From a bacterium (GTDB lineage: Bacteria; Patescibacteriota; Microgenomatia; Levybacterales; UBA12049): DNA of 64,000 nt. Positions 1 to 8,728 of this stretch are shown here, piece by piece. A model generated the notes under the pieces. The model was not told the origin of the DNA. It ran no database searches and saw only the letters and a program-made list of their open reading frames with translations. The stretch lies in NCBI GenBank assembly GCA_021777565.1, contig JAJYDJ010000001.1, positions 248,856 to 312,855 of the forward strand. The letters are read 5' to 3'. The position numbers and the translations under genes are program-made. Position 1 is the stretch's first letter. Each line of letters starts with the position of its first letter.

Positions 1-353
1 TCCTTTTCAGGGTCAATGGCCGCGATCACAGCATCACGGTCAATATGAGATGGCAATGGGAGCTGCACGAGCATGCCATGTACTGGCTCTTCGGTTTTGT
101 GTTGAAGATAGTCCATGGTCTCAAGGAGTTCTTTCTGGGTAACGTTTTCAGGCAAATGATAGTGACTGAGGGCTGCGCCAATTTTCTCTGCACTTTTTCT
201 CTTCTGAGCGATGTAGGAGCTGCTGCCGGGATTGGTCCCAACCTGGATGACAACCAGATGAGGTTGTACTCCCTTATCGGTGTAAAGGTTGTGTACACGA
301 GTAGTAATACTATCAATAATATGATTGGCAATGGTTTTCCCTGAGATCAGCAT
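1..353 (-). CDS. folD: Bifunctional methylenetetrahydrofolate dehydrogenase/cyclohydrolase FolD, N-terminal part (gene continues beyond the window start). ATG at 353.
   Basis: Minus-frame translation from 353 reads [62 protein letters not shown]...[27 protein letters not shown], a classic FolD N-terminus (VGxNPAS, GILVQLPLP). The ORF track missed it because no stop falls inside the window. Confidence 0.8.
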   Translation of the reverse strand, partial: [117 protein letters not shown]

Positions 354-360
354 GCCTTAG

Positions 361-369
361 ATTATAGCA
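361..369 (-). promoter_or_regulatory. Extended -10 element (TGcTATAAT) ending about 7 nt before the folD ATG; implies a leaderless or near-leaderless transcript.
   Basis: Minus strand reads ...tttcTGcTATAATctaaggcATG. No good -35 element or SD is visible. Confidence 0.3.
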
Positions 370-608
370 GAAAGTTAGCCTTGCGTGCGCATTAGCTCAT
401 CAGTAAATTATGTTTTTTTACTTGAATTCTCAAGGCATTTATATTTGCTCTTAGCTAGAGATGTGGTCGAGGAAAGACAAGGATGTTATTTGGGTTGGGT
501 GAAGAAGAGAGTAAGGCGAATTTGCCTATAAATCCTTCTGCACATGGTGCACTGGTGGTTTTGACTACCCACAATGGGCCGGGGGTGAAAGGAGGTTACT
601 TCACAAAC

Positions 609-908
609 TCAACGACTCGGTCTAGCATCAACTTTAAGCTTCACGTTCTCCACAAGGTTGGCAACCAGGTGCGCTCCTAGCCAGACTACTACAAAAATGA
701 CTGCATTAGTCTTGAAGTCTTGCGACCTCGCCACTTCATACATTGCGATCAGTGTCACCAACTTAACTGCTCCTGCGAGCAGAAAAATAAGGATGATCAC
801 CACCGCTGGCCACTTGTAGCGCCCGAACCAGGTAACACACAACCGTGTGCAAACCCCATTGAAAACTATGAGACCCGCCATCAACACAAACGTTGTAATC
901 TCACTCAT
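609..908 (-). CDS. Hypothetical small integral membrane protein (99 aa, about 3 TM segments).
   Basis: ORF with hydrophobic stretches (FVLMAGLIVFNGV, AVVIILIFLLAGAVKLVTLIAMY, AVIFVVVWLGAHLVANLV). No recognisable family. Confidence 0.3.
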   Translation of the reverse strand: MSEITTFVLMAGLIVFNGVCTRLCVTWFGRYKWPAVVIILIFLLAGAVKLVTLIAMYEVARSQDFKTNAVIFVVVWLGAHLVANLVENVKLKVDARPSR

Positions 909-1552
909 GCCGTAGCTCCTTTCTGTCCTTCCACCCCCAGTAACACTTGAGAAATTCTCTCACGCATTACTGAGAGTGAAAAGTTCCAAATAACATCGCT
1001 TGTCAAAGAACCTTTCGGATACTCTCCAGGATACTATGCAAATATAATATATGGAGATTATCCTAGGCCTATAATAGCAAATTTGAAGTAGTCTGTCAAG
1101 TAGTTGTCATTATAAAGACGGCATAATTCTGTACTCAATTAGTCACTAAAAGTAATGCACTTGAGAAGATACACACATTTATGAAGCATCATAGGGAATG
1201 CCAACTCGACATGTCAGGTTCGGCTTCCAATATCAACTAGTATTTGGACTTGCTTAATAAGACAAACGTCATCTTCAGTATTCCTTTTTATTGTCTTTTA
1301 AGTTACAAAAATAGACTGTGGAAAAACGTTTTATCTTTCTTTGTATCAATAGACTATTGGTTTAATAGCCGTTTATATGACAGCAGGAGATGTGTGCCAG
1401 GTGATTACTGGATCTGTCTGGTTTGACAATAAGTTGTAATGTAGAAAAGTAAAATTGAGGGTAAGATGATTTTGTATTGGTATGGGTATATTTTGAATTA
1501 GAGACGGTCCACGGAGGGGGATCCGGGATGCATGACCGTCAGTCACTATGAC

Positions 1553-1810
1553 TTAGAAAAACCACCTCGAACACCATAGCTCGACTTGTAATCGGGCTAG
1601 ATATCCTACGATGAAGATCACTGTTGGCCCTGCCCAGTTAAGGAAGCTTACTAGGATCAGTCGCTTGCGCAAACCTTTCCATTCCTCGTCACCGTAATAC
1701 ACGGTTTCAAGTTCTTCCTTAAGAGACTCTCGTCTCCTAGACAACACCTTGGCAATCCCGTACGTCAACAACACAACTGCTCCAAGAAACCATGCTTGTG
1801 TCACGTTCAT
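1553..1810 (-). CDS. Hypothetical small membrane protein (about 85 aa). Start chosen at the internal ATG with a strong SD.
   Basis: Minus strand reads gagAGGAGaatttgtATG (MNVTQAWFLGAVVLLTYGIAKVL...), followed by two hydrophobic segments. The longer ORF-track start at 1909 has no RBS. Confidence 0.35.
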   Translation of the reverse strand: MNVTQAWFLGAVVLLTYGIAKVLSRRRESLKEELETVYYGDEEWKGLRKRLILVSFLNWAGPTVIFIVGYLARLQVELWCSRWFF

Positions 1811-2169
1811 ACAAATTCTCCTCTCTTGCATCCTCCCCCCCGCAGTATCACAATCCAAATACATTAGATTGCCATACTGCAGGGTATTGAATGCACACCT
1901 TACCCTCAATTATTAAAGTGCATCATTTTTCGATTCTCGCTAATGAGAATGAAAAATTTACTAGTTTCACTAGAACGCTATATTACCCTATAATATTTCA
2001 TTTGTCAAGTGCTCGCTATAGGAATATTGTTTTAGCAAATGAACGACTTGAGCTCAGAAAATAGTAAAAATGAAAAGTTCATAGTACATGTTTTTAATAC
2101 TATGCTGATCTAGCATGCTTAGTCCCAGATCTGCTCTGGCGTAGGCTCATCCCCTTGAGATTAGTATGT

Positions 2170-3513
2170 CTAGATGCCCATGGCTGCGGCGTTAAATCGT
2201 GCTCCCCGATCTTTATAGTCCTTAAAGAGTCCAAAGGAAGCTGCTGCCGGTGAGAGTAAAATGACGCCGCCTTTTGGTGTGTGCTCACGCGCCAGTCGCA
2301 TACACTCATGCATGGTTTGTTCTTCTGGCGTCAGTATGGTCCCAGCGAATTTGGATTGAGTGAGCGCGTGATGGATATTGTCTCGCACCTGACCAATGAG
2401 AATACAGGTTTCAACATTTTCTGAGTTGGCAATTTGCTCAGCCAATTTGTCATAGGAGAGACCTTTGTCTGATCCTCCCAAAATGATAGTCAGTGGCTCA
2501 TGAAAAGCAGTGATGGCGGCACTGGTGGCATCAGGGTTGGTAGCCGCACTATCGTTGTAGTAGGTGAATTTCCCATCGTTGCCAACATATTGCAAACGAT
2601 ATTCAAGGCCACTGAATGAAAAAATAGTGTTTTTGATATCGTCCACACTCGCACCAGCAAGCGTTGCCAAGGTGAGTGCCATCAAGATGTTTTCCAAATG
2701 ATGTTCTCCTCGTAAGGTGAGATCTTGGATATTTCCAATGTGAGTTTTTTTATTAACATTGAGGTAGATCGTATTATTTTGTGCAAACGCGCCTTGTACT
2801 TCACGTTTGGTACTGACAAGATAAACGTGTGCTTTGGTAAGTGATGAAAAGCTGAGTGATGTCTCATAATCAGCATTACAGACTACAAAATCTGATGACT
2901 TTTGATACCTGACAATTGGTTTTTTTGTTTCAATATATTTTTCTCTAGTGCCAAACCAATCAAGATGATCAGTTGTAATGTTTAACACCCCCGAGATATG
3001 GGGACTGATAGTCAGGTCAATTAGTTGTGGCGCACCCATTTCCAAAACTACCCAACTCTCTCCTGTGAGTTGTGGCAAAAGTGTCAGGACTGGTTTACCA
3101 ATGTTGCCAGCGAAAAAGACATGTTTGCCAGCTGTTTTGAGAATCTCATAGGTTAGGGTTGCGGTGGTCCCCTTGCCTTTGGTGCCAGTTACACCTATAA
3201 CCCGAGCAGGACAAAGCTCAAGAAAGAGCTGCATGGCACTGGTGATATGGGCTCCTTTTTTTTCTGTTTCCAGAATCTCAGGCAACAATCTATTAAATCC
3301 AGGAGAGCGAAAAATGATATCAAATCCAGTGAGGCCTGCTTTTAAATAATCAGGCCCCGATATCACTTGTGCATCTAGAGTCTCCCCCAATGCTTCTTTT
3401 TCTTTGCGATCAAAAATCGTGATATCGGCACCTTTCCCTTGCAAAAATTGCAGAACGTCTTGGCCTTCAATGCCAAATCCTAAAATAGCAATTTTTTTAT
3501 TGCTTACTTCCAT
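2170..3513 (-). CDS. murD: UDP-N-acetylmuramoylalanine--D-glutamate ligase
   Basis: KIAILGFGIEGQDV Rossmann N-terminus, Mur-ligase GTKGKGTT P-loop, and a C-terminal LLSPAAASFGLFKDYKDRGARF that is MurD-typical. Start taken at MEVSNKK (ATG 3513), 10 nt overlap with the murE stop. ORF-track alternative start is 3570. Confidence 0.85.
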   Translation of the reverse strand: MEVSNKKIAILGFGIEGQDVLQFLQGKGADITIFDRKEKEALGETLDAQVISGPDYLKAGLTGFDIIFRSPGFNRLLPEILETEKKGAHITSAMQLFLELCPARVIGVTGTKGKGTTATLTYEILKTAGKHVFFAGNIGKPVLTLLPQLTGESWVVLEMGAPQLIDLTISPHISGVLNITTDHLDWFGTREKYIETKKPIVRYQKSSDFVVCNADYETSLSFSSLTKAHVYLVSTKREVQGAFAQNNTIYLNVNKKTHIGNIQDLTLRGEHHLENILMALTLATLAGASVDDIKNTIFSFSGLEYRLQYVGNDGKFTYYNDSAATNPDATSAAITAFHEPLTIILGGSDKGLSYDKLAEQIANSENVETCILIGQVRDNIHHALTQSKFAGTILTPEEQTMHECMRLAREHTPKGGVILLSPAAASFGLFKDYKDRGARFNAAAMGI

Positions 3514-4985
3514 TGGAGTCGTACCTTTTCTCCTTTCAGTATTTTTTTCACTGCCTCTTGGTCTGACCAAGGATATTCTACACCTCTGTATGCAAGACTT
3601 TTCTCATGCCCTTTGCCACAGATGATGACGGTATCTCCAGGCTGTGCTTGTGTTATCGCTTGTTCAATTGCCTCTCCCCGATCCTCGATTATGTTGTATT
3701 TGTCACTCACTACCCCTGAGACCATCTGATCAAAAATGTCTGTGAGTGGTTCATGTCGTGGGTCTTCAAGAGTAAAAATACTCATGTCAGCAAGACGAGT
3801 CGCGACTCGTGCCATCTCGGGACGTTTGGTTGCGTCTCGTTGCCCGGCACATCCAAAGACAACGATAAGTTTGCCTTTGGTCGTCTTTCTCACCGTCGTA
3901 AGCGCTTGCTCGAGTGCGTTGGTCGTGTGTGCAAAATCAACAAGAACGCGTACAGGTTTCTCCTGCATGATTTCCATACGTCCGGTGATACCGGTGAACT
4001 TTTTCACTGCGCTCTGAATATCTTCCCAAGTAACACCTAGGCTTCTGGCGGCCGTGGCAGCGGCAAGAATATTCTGGATATTATAGGTGCCGGTAAGTTT
4101 AGTCGTGAACGGAATTGTTTTAGTATGTTCATGCATGAGAAAATGCATTCCCTTTGTTTGCATGGTGATATCACTGGCATAGAGATCAGTTTTATTCGTT
4201 ATGCTGTAGGACAGAATGGTACTTCCTTTCTGTGTTTTATTTTTGAGGATGTCATAAGATGGGTCATCGGCATTAAGAATATTAACCTCTGTGTTTTCAA
4301 AAAGTCTTGCCTTGGTATCACGGTAATTCTCAAATGTTTTGTGATAGTTGAGATGCTCTGGCGTGATATTGGTAATGATAGCCATATGATATTTCACTCC
4401 GGCAACACGTTCTTGAGCAATTCCTTCTGAGGTAGTCTCGAGAATGGCAATTTCTTGCTGTTTTTTAACCATCAGTGAAAGAAGTTTTTGTAGCGGCAGC
4501 GCATCAGGATTGGTCGTGTGCAGCCCTGTCTCGTATGCCCGTCCATTAATTTTGGCATTGACAGTGGAGATCATACTGACACGTCTTTTGGCTTGTCTAA
4601 GCATGGCATACAAAAGGTTGACCGTAGTTGTCTTGCCATCAGTCCCGGTGACACCAATAACGGTCAACTTTTCTGATGGATTGTCATACCAATTGGAGGC
4701 AAGAAACCCAAGCGCTTTGCGACTGTCTGGCACCTGGATGTAGGTAGTATGTTTTAACTCTAATTTTTCAGGATCTTCTTCACCTACGATTGCCACAGCA
4801 CCATTATCAATCGCTTGTGGGATAAATTGATGAGCATCCATCAAAACACCACGAACTGCGACGAAAAGGAAGCCTGGTTTTACGAGTCGAGAATTTTCTG
4901 TCAAACCAGAGATCGTGATGTCTCTGTCCCCTACGTGTTTGAGAACAGATATGCCGTTGAGCAGTGTGGAAAGTTTTTTCTTCAT
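3504..4985 (-). CDS. murE: UDP-N-acetylmuramoyl-L-alanyl-D-glutamate--2,6-diaminopimelate (or L-Lys) ligase
   Basis: Mur-ligase three-domain layout with GVTGTDGKTTT P-loop. Position between murB and murD. Confidence 0.85.
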   Translation of the reverse strand: MKKKLSTLLNGISVLKHVGDRDITISGLTENSRLVKPGFLFVAVRGVLMDAHQFIPQAIDNGAVAIVGEEDPEKLELKHTTYIQVPDSRKALGFLASNWYDNPSEKLTVIGVTGTDGKTTTVNLLYAMLRQAKRRVSMISTVNAKINGRAYETGLHTTNPDALPLQKLLSLMVKKQQEIAILETTSEGIAQERVAGVKYHMAIITNITPEHLNYHKTFENYRDTKARLFENTEVNILNADDPSYDILKNKTQKGSTILSYSITNKTDLYASDITMQTKGMHFLMHEHTKTIPFTTKLTGTYNIQNILAAATAARSLGVTWEDIQSAVKKFTGITGRMEIMQEKPVRVLVDFAHTTNALEQALTTVRKTTKGKLIVVFGCAGQRDATKRPEMARVATRLADMSIFTLEDPRHEPLTDIFDQMVSGVVSDKYNIIEDRGEAIEQAITQAQPGDTVIICGKGHEKSLAYRGVEYPWSDQEAVKKILKGEKVRLQWK

Positions 4986-6010
4986 AGATATCTGACGTAC
5001 TCGACTTCGGGTAGTAAGGTAATGCCAAATTGATCGTTCACCTGCTTTGTAATTCTCTCTGCCAACTTTTTGACATCACTCGCTGTCGCCTGTCCAGTTG
5101 CATTGGTGATGACCAAACTATTTTGTTCATACACTTGTGCTCCGCCTTCTCTTACACCTTTTAATCCTGCTTTCTCGATGAGCCATCCGGCAAAAAGTTT
5201 GATAGCATCAGTTGAAAGTTTTATAGAAGGCACATCGGGGAATGTCCGTTGTACTCTCTGAAAAACTTTGTTAGTGACAACTGGGTTTTTGAAAAATGAT
5301 CCAGCACTTCCGATAACAGTCGGGTCGGGTAATTTAGTTTTCCTTAAAAATAAAATCGCTTCTCTGAGATCTTGTACTGTTGGATGGTGTATGTGGTTTG
5401 TTTGTAAGTATGCTACTAATGACTGATAGGTTGGCTGTGGTGGTCGAGATTTCGTAAGACGAAACGAGACGTCGGTGATGATATAGCGGTCTGGGAAGTG
5501 CTTGAAAAGGCTGTTGCGATAGGAAAAGTTGACATCTTCTTTAGAGAGTGTGACCCAAGAGTGTGTGTCTCTATCATAGGCAGTGAGTGAGATAAATGCA
5601 TCTTTACATTCTTGTCCATAGGCACCGATATTTTGTACGGGTGCTGCACCAACACTACCAGGAATGCCTGAAAGACACTCAAGTCCTGAGAGACCGTTCA
5701 CAACCGTGTGTGCTACAAGATCATCCCAGAGAACACCAGCATCAGCAGTCACGACTATTTCCCCAGGTGTCAGAGTATCTTGGGTGATGGTATTGTTTTT
5801 CATGTGTAAAAAGCAGGCATTTTGGTGTTCATCACTGATGAGAAGATTACTCCCCTCCCCGATAACAAAAAGTGGTAATTGTTTCTCCTGTGCAAAATGC
5901 ACTGCCCGCACGACACTTTCTGGTGAGTCAGCCGTCAGCAGGTACCGAACAGTTCCTCCGATGTGAAAGGACGTGTAGTTGGTGAGTGATATGTTCTCTT
6001 TAATTTCCAT
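4982..6010 (-). CDS. murB: UDP-N-acetylenolpyruvoylglucosamine reductase
   Basis: FAD-binding MurB N-terminus (NYTSFHIGGTVRYLL) and MurB C-terminal domain. Start taken at MEIKEN (ATG 6010) just upstream of the murC stop; the ORF-track alternative at 6082 would overlap murC by 82 nt. Confidence 0.8.
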   Translation of the reverse strand: MEIKENISLTNYTSFHIGGTVRYLLTADSPESVVRAVHFAQEKQLPLFVIGEGSNLLISDEHQNACFLHMKNNTITQDTLTPGEIVVTADAGVLWDDLVAHTVVNGLSGLECLSGIPGSVGAAPVQNIGAYGQECKDAFISLTAYDRDTHSWVTLSKEDVNFSYRNSLFKHFPDRYIITDVSFRLTKSRPPQPTYQSLVAYLQTNHIHHPTVQDLREAILFLRKTKLPDPTVIGSAGSFFKNPVVTNKVFQRVQRTFPDVPSIKLSTDAIKLFAGWLIEKAGLKGVREGGAQVYEQNSLVITNATGQATASDVKKLAERITKQVNDQFGITLLPEVEYVRYL

Positions 6011-7400
6011 ATTCTTTCGCAATAGTTCGTATCGTGTGGTGAATCTCCCCTCCTCCGCCACACATAGCGATGACAACATCATCTTCTTTTGCGTTTTTTG
6101 TTACCCACTGGATAATGGCATCAAAGGTAGGTGGCGCACTGACGTTGGGATGATCGATACTCTGTGCCACATCCTGATTGGTCAGTCCAAAAGTTTCTTG
6201 ATCTCTTCCTGGTGAGATAGGTGCGATGATCACTTCATCCGCATCGCTGGCAACATCTTTATAGAGAGGCAAAAAGGCTTTTGTTCGAGAAAAACTATCT
6301 GGTTGGATAATAGCGATAATACGACTGTCTGGATGACGTTGTCTGAGTGCTTTCAAGGTTTCTCGAACTGCTGTGGGATGATGCGCATAATCATCATAAA
6401 AAATGACTCCTCCCGACTCCCCTACTTTCTCAAGTCGCATACCGATGCCGGTAAATGTGGCAAGAACATGTTCTGTCTCTTCAGTTTTTATGCCATACAA
6501 ATGTGCCAGGATAATCACTCCAAGTGCATTAGAAACAGTAAATAGTCCAGGCAGTGGCACAATGAACGTATGATGAAAGCTTTTCTGATTGGTAACGGTG
6601 AATGCTGTTCCACTTGGTGATGTCGTTATATCTTCTGCATGAAAGATGACGTGTACTGATGGGTCTTGTCTGTTCTCTCTGGTATAGCCGATGATATTTA
6701 TTCCCTCAGAGTTCTTTTTTATCAGTTTCAGAAGATGTCTATTGCCGGGGTCATCAAGGTTGATGATCAATTGTTTTTTCCCAGTAAGGTTAGCAACATG
6801 TTTTTGAAAACTTTCAAAAAGTTGCTTCTCGGACGTGAAAAAATCTGGATGATCAAGCTCAATGTTGTTCAGAATAATAGTCTCAGGATGATAGTATTGA
6901 AAATTGTCATAAAACTCATCTGACTCAGTAATATGTATGTCTCCTTTCCCAACACGATAATTTTCATGCCACGCATCAATAGTTGCTCCTATCATGACAC
7001 TGGGATCTCTGCCTGCATTCTCAAAGACGAGTGCTGCCATGGCAGTAGTGGTAGATTTGCCGTGTGTTCCAGCAATACAAATAACTGTTTTGTCTTTTTG
7101 AATATACTCGGCAAGAAACTCCTGCCAGGTGACGACTTTTTTTGCTTTCTGTACTTCTTCGGGAAGAGTCTCAAGCACCAGTATTGCAGGGCTTACTACC
7201 AAGAGATCAACGTCTTTGACATGATCACGATGGTGCCCAGTCTCAACAGGAATGCCACTGTTACGAAGTTCTTGGATATAGGGTGTGTTGGTATCACGAT
7301 CACAGCCTGAAACGGAATATCCGTTGGCTTTTGCCATCATGACAACGCCAGAGATGCCCCTGCCGCCTATGCCCATAAAATGAACGCGTTTTTCTTTCAT
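6000..7400 (-). CDS. murC: UDP-N-acetylmuramate--L-alanine ligase
   Basis: HFMGIGGRGISGVV N-terminus, IAGTHGKSTT P-loop, and Mur-ligase C-terminal domain. Confidence 0.9.
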   Translation of the reverse strand: MKEKRVHFMGIGGRGISGVVMMAKANGYSVSGCDRDTNTPYIQELRNSGIPVETGHHRDHVKDVDLLVVSPAILVLETLPEEVQKAKKVVTWQEFLAEYIQKDKTVICIAGTHGKSTTTAMAALVFENAGRDPSVMIGATIDAWHENYRVGKGDIHITESDEFYDNFQYYHPETIILNNIELDHPDFFTSEKQLFESFQKHVANLTGKKQLIINLDDPGNRHLLKLIKKNSEGINIIGYTRENRQDPSVHVIFHAEDITTSPSGTAFTVTNQKSFHHTFIVPLPGLFTVSNALGVIILAHLYGIKTEETEHVLATFTGIGMRLEKVGESGGVIFYDDYAHHPTAVRETLKALRQRHPDSRIIAIIQPDSFSRTKAFLPLYKDVASDADEVIIAPISPGRDQETFGLTNQDVAQSIDHPNVSAPPTFDAIIQWVTKNAKEDDVVIAMCGGGGEIHHTIRTIAKEYGN

Positions 7401-7405
7401 GGATC

Positions 7406-8686
7406 TTATGGTATCTCAGTAATATCTGCTCCCAGTGAGCGAAGATTTTTAGCAAAATCCGGATGTCCTCGATACAGCGTATCGGCATTAAGGATAATCG
7501 ACTCCCCTTCTGCGATCATGGCTGCCATAGCAAGGGCAACGGTGGCACGAATAATGTATGGTGCTTCCAGTGTCGCTCCATGCAATTTATTCCCACCGTG
7601 TACGATGACACGATGTGGATCACAAATAATAATATTGCCGCCCAGTTTGGTTAGTTCACTCGTCCAGAAAAGCGCTGATTCATACATCCAGTTATGGAAA
7701 AGCACTTGCCCATGGGGTGCACTCAGTGCCAAAGGAATAAAAAGTGGCAGTGCATCAACCGGGAGTGATGGCCATGGTTGTGCTCTGACGGTCGTTGTTT
7801 TACTTGGTGGGAGTTGTACGCAAGTCCCCTTCTCGATACTGATACTGTCACCTTTGTAGATGAGTGGAATGGCGAACTGGCGAAAGGTAGTTTCAATATG
7901 ACCAAAAAGCTCTGGGTGCGCATGGTGTACGGTAATATTTCCTCCTGTCGCCGCTGCAAGGGCGAGAAAGGTAATGACTTCCAAGTGATCAGTGAGTAAG
8001 GTGTGCTCTACTGGATGCAAGTCTTTGCCCCCCGTAATAATGAGCGTGCTTGACCCAATGCCTTGGATATCTGCTCCACATTTCACTAAAAACGTACACA
8101 AATCCTGAACCTGTGGCTCTGAGGCGGCATTAATCAGCGTTGTCGTGCCGGCAAGACTAACGGATAACATAATGCAATTTGCGGTGGCACTTGGACTCAT
8201 CTCGGTAAGCCAGATGGTGGTGGCTTTTGCTTTACTCGCATCCATGTGTGCTCGTTTTTGATCATCTTGGATGGTTACCCCAAATTTTTTAAATGCTTCG
8301 TAATGTGCATCAAGACTTCTCACCCCCAAGGTGCATCCGCCGGGTAAATCCTCAAACTTTACTTGTTTAAAGCGTGAAAGCATTGGCCCCCACAACAGTG
8401 ACGTTCCTTTCATATTACCCAGATCATCTTTATCAAGATCCTCAAATCGAAGATGGGAGTTATCTATCGTCATTGATTTTGCCTGCTCGTCCCAGGTAAT
8501 GTTACTGCCAAGTTTTTCCATGATTCTTACCAAACGAACAACGTCAGTAATATCTGGGATATTGTGAAGAGTTACAGGTCTATCAAATAAAATAGTTGCC
8601 GGGATTAGCGATACTGCAGAATTTTTACTACCAGAAGGGAATATCTCACCCGATAATACGTTGCCGCCTTGTACAGAAATATTCAT
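7406..8686 (-). CDS. murA: UDP-N-acetylglucosamine 1-carboxyvinyltransferase
   Basis: EPSP-synthase-fold MurA with conserved KNSAVSLIPATIL near the N-terminus and the catalytic Cys region. 426 aa. Confidence 0.9.
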   Translation of the reverse strand: MNISVQGGNVLSGEIFPSGSKNSAVSLIPATILFDRPVTLHNIPDITDVVRLVRIMEKLGSNITWDEQAKSMTIDNSHLRFEDLDKDDLGNMKGTSLLWGPMLSRFKQVKFEDLPGGCTLGVRSLDAHYEAFKKFGVTIQDDQKRAHMDASKAKATTIWLTEMSPSATANCIMLSVSLAGTTTLINAASEPQVQDLCTFLVKCGADIQGIGSSTLIITGGKDLHPVEHTLLTDHLEVITFLALAAATGGNITVHHAHPELFGHIETTFRQFAIPLIYKGDSISIEKGTCVQLPPSKTTTVRAQPWPSLPVDALPLFIPLALSAPHGQVLFHNWMYESALFWTSELTKLGGNIIICDPHRVIVHGGNKLHGATLEAPYIIRATVALAMAAMIAEGESIILNADTLYRGHPDFAKNLRSLGADITEIP

Positions 8687-8728
8687 GGAGCTTACCTACT
8701 ATACTCCTCTTTTCAGACAGGATGCAAG

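Noticed and set aside
26-344. ORF-track ORFs 26..331 (-) and 45..344 (+) at the window start
   Set aside because: The third minus frame reads as an unmistakable FolD N-terminus running out of the window. The two listed ORFs are out-of-frame shadows with no homology.
2100-2170. Palindrome gatct...agcatgct...agatc just downstream of the murD stop, as a possible terminator
   Set aside because: The stem is short and the downstream sequence on the minus strand (agcatagtattaaaaac) is not a convincing U-tract. Left unannotated.
3736-4743. + strand ORFs 3736..4017, 3753..4040, 4125..4430, 4444..4743 antisense to murE
   Set aside because: They lie opposite a full-length, motif-complete murE and are low-complexity shadow translations.
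7380-7999. + strand ORFs 7380..7859, 7463..7654 and 7778..7999 across the murC/murA junction
   Set aside because: They are antisense to murA and to the murC N-terminus, with no independent support.
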